Virus record (IMG/VR): IMGVR_UViG_3300032295_003051
Location: 1-43,468 of that record
Length of the DNA: 43,468 nucleotides
DNA from: a virus
Taxonomy: Duplodnaviria > Caudoviricetes
Strand: one strand, 5' to 3'
Each line of letters starts with the position of its first letter. The stretch's first letter is position 1. The translations under genes were made by a program, and so were the position numbers. This document shows positions 27,766 to 37,022 of the stretch, one piece after another. The notes below the pieces were generated by a model. The model did not search any database and was not told the origin of the DNA. It saw nothing but the letters and a program-made list of their open reading frames with translations.

Positions 27766-30700
27766 TTAAACTCCTGTTACTGAAAAGTCTACTGTTGTAA
27801 CACTAGAACCAACATTATGAGATGAGACTCCGTTAGAAAAATATACAGAAATGTTTGCTCCTGATAATCCTCTATCTACAATCACAACTTGCGGCCTTGC
27901 TAATTGATTTGAACTCGAAGACACTAAAGCTCCAGTTATTTTTGGTGTCTGTACAAAGGCCATTCTAGCATAATCTACATAAGTAGTAACGGATGCAGTA
28001 TTCATAGTTACTATTGACGTAAATGTTTTTTCATTTAAGCTTACTTTATATCTGAACTTATCTAGTATAAATTCAGCTTGTTGTGGGTCATAATTATTAA
28101 CTATATATCTAAACTGAAAATATCTAAAAGTTCTTGCTCCACTAACGAAGTTAGTAAACCCGTCAGAATTAGATATAGAAGTAAACACTGAGTTGTTTAC
28201 TCTACCATTAGCATAATAAGGATTAGAATCTGTAAATCTAAATTCAGTATTAGTAGTAACTAGTCCTGTAGTTCCGTAGAAAGTAGAACTACCACTTAAA
28301 TCTAACCACTGCCTTAAGTTTACCAGTTTATAGGAGGTGCCTGCAACTGTTAAATTAGAAAATCCATTACTTCCTATAGATTTTCCATTAGCATACCAAG
28401 ACTCTCCTAAAACTAAAGTGTTTGCGTTACTTACACCTGCTATTAAACTCATAACATTTGCGTTAGCAACATCTCCATTAAAGTTTCCTCTAGCTATAAT
28501 AGCATATACGTTTGCAGGGTGAGTTGCTTGAATTCCGCTAGTTAGTGTTTTATTCTCTGAGTCATAAGTAACAGTAGCTGCTGAAGCATTAGCAAAACCT
28601 AAAATATTACCGATACCTAACGACCCAGAAAAGTCAACATCTCTTAAGCTTCCAGAAGGGGCTGACTCAGTTACTTGATTTCCTCCTATCTGGTCGCTAT
28701 AATCTAACCAAGTAGATTTTAGAGCTTGATCTCCTACAATATCTACAGATAAAGATGCTGATATTACGTTACCTATATCTCTTATCTCTGTTTGATAAAT
28801 AGCGTTTGCCAAAGCTCTTAGATCAGAAGGAGAACTCCCGATTACACTCCAGCCTACTGAAGTTCCATTAGCATTATCTGTTCTACTTGCATTAAAAGAA
28901 TTACTTGGAAACCCATAGTTATTAGAATTATAGTAAGATAGGTAAGCATTAGAACCATAGTTCTCATTAATGACTCCTGGTACATATGCTCCACTAGGAT
29001 CGTCTTCTGACCATGCTTTGAACACATTAGTAAAGCTTTGAGGTGCCGAAGTAAACTCAGAGACCACAATAGTTTCACTAAAATTACCAGAAGTATCTTT
29101 AGTTCTTACTAAATAAGTATAGGTACCGTACTGATCAATATCAATAACTACTCTGTTAGTTCTAGCGTCTACTCTGGCTACTTCATCAGATCTAGGCCAT
29201 AAATCTAATAAGTTTGAGTCAGAAATATCGGAAAGAACTCCTTCAAGTCTTCTAATATTAACTTCTAGCAAGTCAATATCTATATTATCACCTGTTGCTG
29301 GATTGATTATGTACTGCCAAATAAATACTAAGCTATCTCCTGTTTGTCCTGCTGCAAAATTAACTACATTATTAGGCTTAGCTGACTTACCTATTAAATC
29401 AATAGTTTTTGTAGTAGTTGATCCCCTAATAGACCTATTTAAAGGAGTTACTCTAACTGTGATAGAGTTTTTAGTACCATTTATGCCTTTTTCTATATTA
29501 TCTATTCTAAATCTTATTTTACCGTCTGAATCTACACCATTAGCAGAAGCTTTTACAGTAATAAATGAACTATTTAAAGAAGTATTTAGAGATGTTATCT
29601 TATAAGATATTTCATAATCAGTGACATCTTGACCTGTTATATGATCAAAAACTATAATCACTCTCACAGCAATACCAAGAGTAGAATCTTTATATAACTC
29701 TTCTTCTACGTTTAAATTATTAACAGCTCTAATTGGTATATTATAAACAGTTGTGTTTTTTGTTACGAAAGCGCTTCTTCTTCCATATTTATTAACGGTT
29801 CTAGCTTTTACTGAATGTACTCCTACCTCCGCTCTTCTTATAATTCTAGAAGTTGAGTCACCGAAACTCATTGGCTCATATACAGAAGCCGGCGCATTAA
29901 TTAAATATACAGCATTATTACCTATATTTAATAAACCTGGGTATACATCTGATGGATAATTAAAAGTAAATGTTTTATTAGTAGAGTTTACGTTTCCTAT
30001 AACTCCTATTGGATTAGGTGTAATATTAGTAGCATATGAAACAGCTATATTTGATCTTATAGGCTCAGACAGAGTTACTCTATAAATATTATTGGCTGTC
30101 ATATAAGCATTATAAGTTGGAGATGCGATATCATAAGTTGTAGCTGTAATTCCATAAGTATTACCAGAATTCCAACTAATATTATCTCCTGCTTCTATTA
30201 AAGGAACAGTATATGTATTAGCGGTAACTCTAATATCTAAATTAGAAGTACTAGTAGGTAAGGTTGTTAAAGTAATAGATACTTGAGAATTAGCTAAGCC
30301 ATCTAACCCTCTTTCTAATACATAGTTAGTATCGTCAACCCCATTAATATAAACACTAACAAAATCAGAATGTCTTATTGACATGCTTAAAGGCTGTTTA
30401 AATCTATTTCCTTGAATGTTGCTCGTAGTAGCAACATTAGTTCTAGTAACTTCAACATAGTTTCCAGTAATATATAGAGTATTATTAGAGAAATATCTAT
30501 GATCTAGTACTTGTGGGATAGATATATAGAAAGGAGGATCTGGGATTATACCTTCCAAAGAAAAAGCGCCAGAGGTATCATTATCAATTTTAATTGTAGC
30601 TGTATTAGCATTAAAACCTACAACATTAGCGCTATAGTTAGTTAGTGTAGTATCAGATCCAACAAATCCTAAATAACCTAAAGCATCTCCTGTTCCAGAG

Positions 30701-33700
30701 AGAGTCTTTTGATTTATAGGAAGGGTAAGTTTATTCACACCCTTTAATTCATTAAAGTTATAAGTATTAAGTACGTCTAAAACGTGAGTATTATTTTCAA
30801 AATTCTGATCAATAAGACCTTTTAAACCTTGAACCGTAAAAGTTATGTTTCCGTTTGGTTTATACACAGGATCAACGTCAGTTATAGAGAATCCTGTAAC
30901 TAATAGTCTTGATACGCCTAACTCTGTTGTAAAACCATTCTTACCTTGAATAATTGCAGAAACTCCGTTAGATATAGAAGAAATATCGTCTACCTTACAT
31001 AAGAGAATATCTCTACTTGCAGAGTGATTGGTGTTAGATAACAAGAGATAAGATGATAAGGGTTTAGCATGATAAAACTCAGTTTTAATCTCATTAGAAT
31101 AACCAGTTAAATCAGTATATGCACTGATTACTATATCTGTATAAAGTGAACCATCAAAATCTCTTTTGGCAATTGGACTTAAAGTAAAATCAGGAGCTGG
31201 AGGAGCTCTAAGAGGGCTGAAAAAGTCAGCAAACTTTAAAGGGTTATAATTAATGATGGTATCAGAATCAATATATACATTATTTACATACTCTTTAGCT
31301 TCTATAAATACAGTCTCGTCTCTATCTCTTTTTATATTAATAACTCTAAATAGTTTATCAGTTAGAGAGGAATAGATATTTGTTGGATCTAGAATTTCTC
31401 CTAAACTCCAAACATCTTGTCTACTGGGAACATGATTATCTCCCCAAGTACCAGTAAACGATTGAAATGATTTAGTTGGATGATCATATTTTTTAATAGC
31501 TTGAACACCGATTACTTCAGCACCACTATTCACATTAGAAGTATTACTTAAAGAATATGTAGTATTACTAATTATATAGGTGTCTATTAAACCTGACTTT
31601 CCACTTGCTATTCTTAAAGCAAGAGGCTTTGTATTAGCAGTGAAAACTGAAGCAATAATAGGAGGATTACCAATATGCTCTAGGTAAATCATGGCCCCAG
31701 AAGCTGCTGAAGTATTAGATACAATTCCTCCATAGCCCCAAGCTACAGAAGTGGCTCTTTGAGATATAGATATAACAGAGCCTGGAGATATTTCAGAGGC
31801 TTCAATACCCGTTTTAAATCCAACTTTTCTTCTAGAATACTTTGTATCCGCGATCATATATTGAGCTAAACGTAGAGCCTGACTTTTCCTTGACACGCCT
31901 ACTAAGTCTATCTTTGCTACATTTTCTATATAATTTCTTTCAGTTAAGGCTTTTTGATCATCTACACGTAAAACTTCTCTTCTATAATGATTAGTCATAT
32001 CATTATATGTTACATCTACTCCAGTTAATAAAGCTTCCTCTCCTATGCCGGATATATTAAATGTACCAGCAAGTATATTAGTCTCATTAAATAAAGCAAC
32101 AGGCATATTGTCAGGCTTATCTTGGTATAAGCTTATTTTGCCTCCTGTATAAAACAACATTCCCCTGAAAGTTAAGGTCATAATATGAATAATATCCATA
32201 ACCTGTTTTTGATCAGATACTACAGTATCTAAAATAAATCTACGCTCTTTAATATCTACATCTGGGTCTAGACCTACTAACACGTCTGCAACCGATGTTT
32301 TAGTGGTTCTAGGCTTATATCTATAAGTTCCATCAGCTTGAGCGTCAACTCCGTAAAATCTACCATTTGTAACATCACAAGCATCATTATATATAGCTAC
32401 ATCATAAAAAGAGTATTTGTCAATATTATCTTCGGGTATACCTAAACCATATGTTTTATTAGTTAACATATCATAGATAATCCATGCTGGGTTCTGTGTC
32501 CAAGAATATACAAATTGACCATCCCATAATCCTTGATAAATTACAGGGTTTGCATTGTATAATATAGTGCTACCAGTTCTTTGTTGGCGATAACCGTATG
32601 TAGTTCTATCAGATTCTGATACTTCAATTTGTCTCCAATCAATATCACCGTTTTCTAATATAGGCTGATTATAGTTTGAAGGTACTTTTACTATCAATCC
32701 TTTGACCATATTGGTCATAGCAGGTAAACCGCCTTTGTGCTCAGCAAAAGCTTTTAGGGCGTATCCTATAGTAGCTGTTCTAGTATAAGCAATAGGCTCC
32801 TCTATTATTTCAGTCCATCCTTGAAAAGTTACACTGTTTTGTCTTTTAGCGGTGTCGGCATCATCGCTAGTTTTTTCAACAGTAAACTTATATCCATCGT
32901 CTGATTGTTTATCGGGCGGTATAGACATAAATAAATCAAAAGAGTAAGCTGTATTTGTTTTTCCTTTTATCACTCTTTCTTGGGTTGTAATTATATTAAC
33001 CCCAGATCTATCGTATAACGTAGCTTTAACAGATAACGAGTCTCCAACAATATCACCTTTATCTGTCTGTTTCTGTAACCCTTGTAGAATAAAATAAAGC
33101 TTAATAGCACTTAGAGCTGTAGGAGAAGTACTCTGCTTATCAACAGCGGCTCTAGGAACACTATCAAGATTGCCTTTTTTAAGATCTACAGATCCTTGTA
33201 ATCTTTGAGGTACAAAAGTATAATCTCCAAAAAGAGGTAGTCTTTGTTGAGAGATAGTTCCTGTGTTATTTATAGTAAAAAACTTTTCACTATTCACTGA
33301 TCCATCAGTTAATAGGTCATCTATGTTTCCTTCATTAAACTCAATATCTTGAGGGCCGTTAGGGTTAATTCTATATACAGGACCTTCTCCTAACCCTAAA
33401 GTTATAAATAAGACATCAGTAGAGAATAAAGAATTAGGATCTTCTTTCCCTCCTCCTCCTCCTTTACCTCCTCCGCCTCCATTATGGACTTTAATACCAT
33501 TAGCAATATAAGAGTGTAAATGTGAGACTTTGAAGTTATAAACTTCATCTTCTTTTAGAAAGTCTATTGAAATAATTCTCGAAAAAGAATTATTTTCAGT
33601 AATAAGCTTATCACCAATTTTAAAATCTCTTAATTCTTGATAAGTTCCATCATCTTTTAAAACCCAATGATTAGGTGTAATATCTAAATAACCTTCTTCA

Positions 33701-33927
33701 TGAGTTACTCTATAAATTAAGTCGTTTGTATGGTAAAAAGTCTCAGTTACTTCAGAGATAATTAATTGACCAATCTCATTAAAAGCCCATACTCTATCAC
33801 CTACTTCAATATCTGATATTGAAATAGTTCCTGACTCAGTTAATATCTGTGTATCACTAGAGAAACAACCGCCGCCACCACCTTCTATAAGAGGGACTGC
33901 AGCATCATCTATGTAAATAACTGTCAT
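27766..33927 (-). CDS. Central tail fibre / tip attachment protein (lambda J-like) with N-terminal Hint domain
   Basis: GGKGGG..EDPNSLFS, LGEGPV, VKVPSNY, WDGQF..WTQNPAWIIYD, FN3-like segments; Hint domain at aa 21-149. Confidence 0.93.
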   Translation of the reverse strand: MTVIYIDDAAVPLIEGGGGGCFSSDTQILTESGTISISDIEVGDRVWAFNEIGQLIISEVTETFYHTNDLIYRVTHEEGYLDITPNHWVLKDDGTYQELRDFKIGDKLITENNSFSRIISIDFLKEDEVYNFKVSHLHSYIANGIKVHNGGGGGKGGGGGKEDPNSLFSTDVLFITLGLGEGPVYRINPNGPQDIEFNEGNIDDLLTDGSVNSEKFFTINNTGTISQQRLPLFGDYTFVPQRLQGSVDLKKGNLDSVPRAAVDKQSTSPTALSAIKLYFILQGLQKQTDKGDIVGDSLSVKATLYDRSGVNIITTQERVIKGKTNTAYSFDLFMSIPPDKQSDDGYKFTVEKTSDDADTAKRQNSVTFQGWTEIIEEPIAYTRTATIGYALKAFAEHKGGLPAMTNMVKGLIVKVPSNYNQPILENGDIDWRQIEVSESDRTTYGYRQQRTGSTILYNANPVIYQGLWDGQFVYSWTQNPAWIIYDMLTNKTYGLGIPEDNIDKYSFYDVAIYNDACDVTNGRFYGVDAQADGTYRYKPRTTKTSVADVLVGLDPDVDIKERRFILDTVVSDQKQVMDIIHIMTLTFRGMLFYTGGKISLYQDKPDNMPVALFNETNILAGTFNISGIGEEALLTGVDVTYNDMTNHYRREVLRVDDQKALTERNYIENVAKIDLVGVSRKSQALRLAQYMIADTKYSRRKVGFKTGIEASEISPGSVISISQRATSVAWGYGGIVSNTSAASGAMIYLEHIGNPPIIASVFTANTKPLALRIASGKSGLIDTYIISNTTYSLSNTSNVNSGAEVIGVQAIKKYDHPTKSFQSFTGTWGDNHVPSRQDVWSLGEILDPTNIYSSLTDKLFRVINIKRDRDETVFIEAKEYVNNVYIDSDTIINYNPLKFADFFSPLRAPPAPDFTLSPIAKRDFDGSLYTDIVISAYTDLTGYSNEIKTEFYHAKPLSSYLLLSNTNHSASRDILLCKVDDISSISNGVSAIIQGKNGFTTELGVSRLLVTGFSITDVDPVYKPNGNITFTVQGLKGLIDQNFENNTHVLDVLNTYNFNELKGVNKLTLPINQKTLSGTGDALGYLGFVGSDTTLTNYSANVVGFNANTATIKIDNDTSGAFSLEGIIPDPPFYISIPQVLDHRYFSNNTLYITGNYVEVTRTNVATTSNIQGNRFKQPLSMSIRHSDFVSVYINGVDDTNYVLERGLDGLANSQVSITLTTLPTSTSNLDIRVTANTYTVPLIEAGDNISWNSGNTYGITATTYDIASPTYNAYMTANNIYRVTLSEPIRSNIAVSYATNITPNPIGVIGNVNSTNKTFTFNYPSDVYPGLLNIGNNAVYLINAPASVYEPMSFGDSTSRIIRRAEVGVHSVKARTVNKYGRRSAFVTKNTTVYNIPIRAVNNLNVEEELYKDSTLGIAVRVIIVFDHITGQDVTDYEISYKITSLNTSLNSSFITVKASANGVDSDGKIRFRIDNIEKGINGTKNSITVRVTPLNRSIRGSTTTKTIDLIGKSAKPNNVVNFAAGQTGDSLVFIWQYIINPATGDNIDIDLLEVNIRRLEGVLSDISDSNLLDLWPRSDEVARVDARTNRVVIDIDQYGTYTYLVRTKDTSGNFSETIVVSEFTSAPQSFTNVFKAWSEDDPSGAYVPGVINENYGSNAYLSYYNSNNYGFPSNSFNASRTDNANGTSVGWSVIGSSPSDLRALANAIYQTEIRDIGNVISASLSVDIVGDQALKSTWLDYSDQIGGNQVTESAPSGSLRDVDFSGSLGIGNILGFANASAATVTYDSENKTLTSGIQATHPANVYAIIARGNFNGDVANANVMSLIAGVSNANTLVLGESWYANGKSIGSNGFSNLTVAGTSYKLVNLRQWLDLSGSSTFYGTTGLVTTNTEFRFTDSNPYYANGRVNNSVFTSISNSDGFTNFVSGARTFRYFQFRYIVNNYDPQQAEFILDKFRYKVSLNEKTFTSIVTMNTASVTTYVDYARMAFVQTPKITGALVSSSSNQLARPQVVIVDRGLSGANISVYFSNGVSSHNVGSSVTTVDFSVTGV
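33481..33867 (-). other. Hint (intein-like, BIL-type) domain, 129 aa, no endonuclease
   Basis: Block A CFSSDTQI, block B ITPNHWV, block F VYNFKV, block G KVHN; residue +1 is Gly. Confidence 0.92.
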
Positions 33928-33945
33928 TTAAAAAATACCCCATTT

Positions 33946-34674
33946 TTAAGTTGAAGAATTACCGCCTTCAATTTTCTCAATCTCTGATCTGTTTTTATAT
34001 AATAAATCTACTACGTATATAGTTTCAGACTCTCCATGTGTTATAGTTTCAACATGGCCACTTAACATTTGACCCGCACATCTAGGCATACCATATATAA
34101 GAGGTACAGGAGTACTAGGATCTGTGCTATTTTCTAAAGCGTCAAACATATCATTATTTCTACGTTGCGCAGAATCTGATGGACCCTTCATATCAGGAGG
34201 TTTCATTAGCATTTGCATCAATCCAGATAAAACAAGTCCTAGACCCATTTTAAGCAACCCACCCGCACTAAATAAACCACCAAGAGCAGTAGTGGAACCT
34301 ACGAAACCAGCGCCAGTACCGCCTAAAGCTAGAGGAGCACCACCTAAGAATAAGGCAGCTCCTATTAAAAGTATACCTAGAATTATGCCTAGACCTCTTC
34401 CAGATCCTGCTATTATAGGAACAATAGTAAGTTCTCTATGTGTTACTCTATTAATAAAATAGTCTTCTCTTGTTAAAATCTTTCCATCTGTTGTAACTAA
34501 AGATAGATTCTCTCTAAGAGTACCAGCTGCGATTTGTCTAATATACTTTCTAATTTTAGGAAATAAAACACTTAGAGCATCTTTAATGTCTGATAGCTTT
34601 GCTACATCAAAAGTATGAGATTTTACTCCTGTCATAGGTTGAAGGACCGGATGAAAATGTAAAGTAAGTAACAT
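33946..34674 (-). CDS. Tail assembly protein I-like (ubiquitin-like N-domain)
   Basis: Beta-grasp-like N-domain ending VPIIAGSG, Gly-rich hydrophobic segment, PVPLIYG. Confidence 0.88.
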   Translation of the reverse strand: MLLTLHFHPVLQPMTGVKSHTFDVAKLSDIKDALSVLFPKIRKYIRQIAAGTLRENLSLVTTDGKILTREDYFINRVTHRELTIVPIIAGSGRGLGIILGILLIGAALFLGGAPLALGGTGAGFVGSTTALGGLFSAGGLLKMGLGLVLSGLMQMLMKPPDMKGPSDSAQRRNNDMFDALENSTDPSTPVPLIYGMPRCAGQMLSGHVETITHGESETIYVVDLLYKNRSEIEKIEGGNSST

Positions 34675-35043
34675 TTATACTAAACTCTCTTCTGTAAAAT
34701 CTTTGAATCTTAAATAGTTTAAATCATCTAACCAATATTGATAGAAAGTATTATTCATATTACCAACTATAAATTTATATTGAGAAAATATAGCGGAATC
34801 TTTATCCTTTTCACTAGGTAGTTCTTCATGGGAAGGAGTATGACTATGAAAAATACCCCAGCATTCTTCTCCGTGTTTAAGAAGAGCTACTGGGTCTAAT
34901 ATAAAAGTATCTTTTGGAGAAGGGCTTATATTTTTACAAGGAATATATTTAAAATCTTTTGTAATAATTCCACAACATTCAAATTCTGGATTCTCCTCCA
35001 TATGTGTTTTAAAAGACTTAATTAAGTCTTCATACCTACCCAT
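34675..35043 (-). CDS. JAB/MPN+ metallopeptidase (lambda K N-domain, stand-alone)
   Basis: ECCG, CKNIS, HSH..PSEKD JAMM motif. Confidence 0.9.
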   Translation of the reverse strand: MGRYEDLIKSFKTHMEENPEFECCGIITKDFKYIPCKNISPSPKDTFILDPVALLKHGEECWGIFHSHTPSHEELPSEKDKDSAIFSQYKFIVGNMNNTFYQYWLDDLNYLRFKDFTEESLV

Positions 35044-35456
35044 TTATATACCCCCATCGTATATTGTTTATAATATGAACCGTATACGGCTATATGTGAT
35101 TTGTGGTTCTGTATTGTATGAATTATTCTATTATTACCTATATATAAAGCACAGTGATTAGTTATGCTTGACGTACCCATTACCATAGTTATAACACTAT
35201 AAAGCTCTGGATTAGAAATTTTTTCCCAACCATATTCTGAATTATTACTGACATTATCAATTAATCTTTCATGAGTTCTGCCGTACCAGTTATCATCAAT
35301 AATATTACAAAAATTTCTTGTTGTATAAGGTAAGTCTATATTTAATTCATTTTTATAAATATATTTTATAAGGTTAAAACAATCAATACCAGTCTCAGGT
35401 GTAAGACCTAAATGCTTATATGGTATTCCTACGTATTTTTCCCAGTTTATCTCCAT
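35022..35456 (-). CDS. NlpC/P60 protein (lambda K C-domain-like), copy 1
   Basis: YVGIPY..G..GIDCFNL, NHCALYIG..IIH. Confidence 0.88.
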   Translation of the reverse strand: MEINWEKYVGIPYKHLGLTPETGIDCFNLIKYIYKNELNIDLPYTTRNFCNIIDDNWYGRTHERLIDNVSNNSEYGWEKISNPELYSVITMVMGTSSITNHCALYIGNNRIIHTIQNHKSHIAVYGSYYKQYTMGVYKWVGMKT

Positions 35457-35860
35457 ATACTAGCTATCATGTTTCTCCAATTGTCGTTTAAAACATCAAT
35501 TTTGGAAAAACGCCCCTCTTCTAAATGTATAAATTTGTTATATCCTACATACATACCGAAATGAATTGGTAATAATCTTTTTGACTTAAATAGTATTACA
35601 TCATATTCTTGTAAATCTGTCAAGTCAACTTTTTTAGCAACTAAAGAAGCCCCATATTCTATATCTTGTATAGAAAATCTCTTCATCCAAGCTTTCCCAT
35701 CTTGTGGTTTACCGTCAGGCATGTCTAAGTATACCCATAACTTATCAAAAGCGTTGGAGTTAAGTTCATTTTTATATATCTCATTTATTAAAGTAATACA
35801 ATTATTTTCTAAATAATCATGTTTTTTATTTAGATATTTAAGATATTTTGATTGATTCAT
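35447..35860 (-). CDS. NlpC/P60 protein, copy 2 (divergent)
   Basis: NNCITLI..IYKNEL, YDVILF, HFGMYVG..FIH. Confidence 0.82.
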   Translation of the reverse strand: MNQSKYLKYLNKKHDYLENNCITLINEIYKNELNSNAFDKLWVYLDMPDGKPQDGKAWMKRFSIQDIEYGASLVAKKVDLTDLQEYDVILFKSKRLLPIHFGMYVGYNKFIHLEEGRFSKIDVLNDNWRNMIASIWR

Positions 35861-37022
35861 ACCAATCTGCTAATTCAGGAACTGTATAGGTAAAATTTTC
35901 GTTCCTATTTCTATCTAAAGTAGACGTAACCTTTTTAAATTTAATTTCTAACTCTTCTCTATTATTAACTTCACCTTTTAAAAATCTCAACCAATCTAAT
36001 ATATTATTAATTTGATCAGTAGATAGATCTTCTCTATATGTATTTAAAAAATTTCTATAATGAATTAATATTTTATGCTTTTCTTCTTTTGGAAGAATTT
36101 GACAAGAGAGATAGTCAGGATTAACTAATGTTGTACCAAATACAGTAATTTTTCTAGAATTAGCCCACAATATTAAATCTGTCATAGAGTATATACTCAT
36201 TGTATATATCACAGAACTAATTGTTCTAATGTATGGTCTAACCTTATCAACATTAGTCTCAAACTGTTCCCATTCTAATTCTTTTCTTATATATTCAGCT
36301 ACCTGACCATATCCATCACAACTTACCCATAGATTTACAATTTTAAACTTCTCCCATAGAGAAGGTAAATCATAGTTTTTATATTTTAATATAGAAAGAT
36401 TAGTGTTGTAATTGATAGTTATATCTGTTTTGTTTTTAGATATTAAAAACTCTAATAACTTATAATGACCATCTAATACAAATGGTTCACCACCTGCAAA
36501 ATATATAGTATCAATTGTAGGATATATTTCTTCTAAAGCTTTCCATAACTCTTCATTATTAGTCCAGTTATCTAATAATCTTGCATATTTGTTTTTAAAT
36601 AGATTCTTACTTTCTTTAATCCAAGATGTGCTTGCCATAGGTCCGCAAGTTCTACATCTAAAATTACAAATATTACCGAATCTTATATCTATAAATACTG
36701 GTGGGGGTGGTGTTAAAGAATTTTGTAGATGGGAATAAGAAGCCCATTTATTATTAGCATTATGTCTAGGGTTTTGCTCAACCCCTAAACTTTCTTTATC
36801 ATAACAAGCTTTTTTACATTGTTCAGGTATTTTATCTTCTAAAAATTGTTTTCTTAGGTTTATATAAGCATCACCATTCCAAACTTCTAGTAATGGTTGT
36901 ACACTAGAGCCTAGAATATAAGGATCTTTATCAGCTTGATCAGAAAAACAGCAAGCTCTATATCTACCTTTTAAATCACCGTGTATGTGAACCCAAGGTA
37001 AAATGCAACCTTTAATAGCCAT
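35838..37022 (-). CDS. Radical SAM protein with N-terminal twitch/SPASM-like domain
   Basis: N-terminal CILPW..YRACC..CKKAC; CNFRCRTC (CX3CX2C); FAGGEP; YNTN; VSCDG. Confidence 0.92.
   Translation of the reverse strand: MAIKGCILPWVHIHGDLKGRYRACCFSDQADKDPYILGSSVQPLLEVWNGDAYINLRKQFLEDKIPEQCKKACYDKESLGVEQNPRHNANNKWASYSHLQNSLTPPPPVFIDIRFGNICNFRCRTCGPMASTSWIKESKNLFKNKYARLLDNWTNNEELWKALEEIYPTIDTIYFAGGEPFVLDGHYKLLEFLISKNKTDITINYNTNLSILKYKNYDLPSLWEKFKIVNLWVSCDGYGQVAEYIRKELEWEQFETNVDKVRPYIRTISSVIYTMSIYSMTDLILWANSRKITVFGTTLVNPDYLSCQILPKEEKHKILIHYRNFLNTYREDLSTDQINNILDWLRFLKGEVNNREELEIKFKKVTSTLDRNRNENFTYTVPELADWYESIKIS

Noticed and set aside
33481-33867. Canonical mobile intein
   Set aside because: No homing endonuclease and no Cys/Ser/Thr at +1; treated as a BIL-type Hint domain instead.
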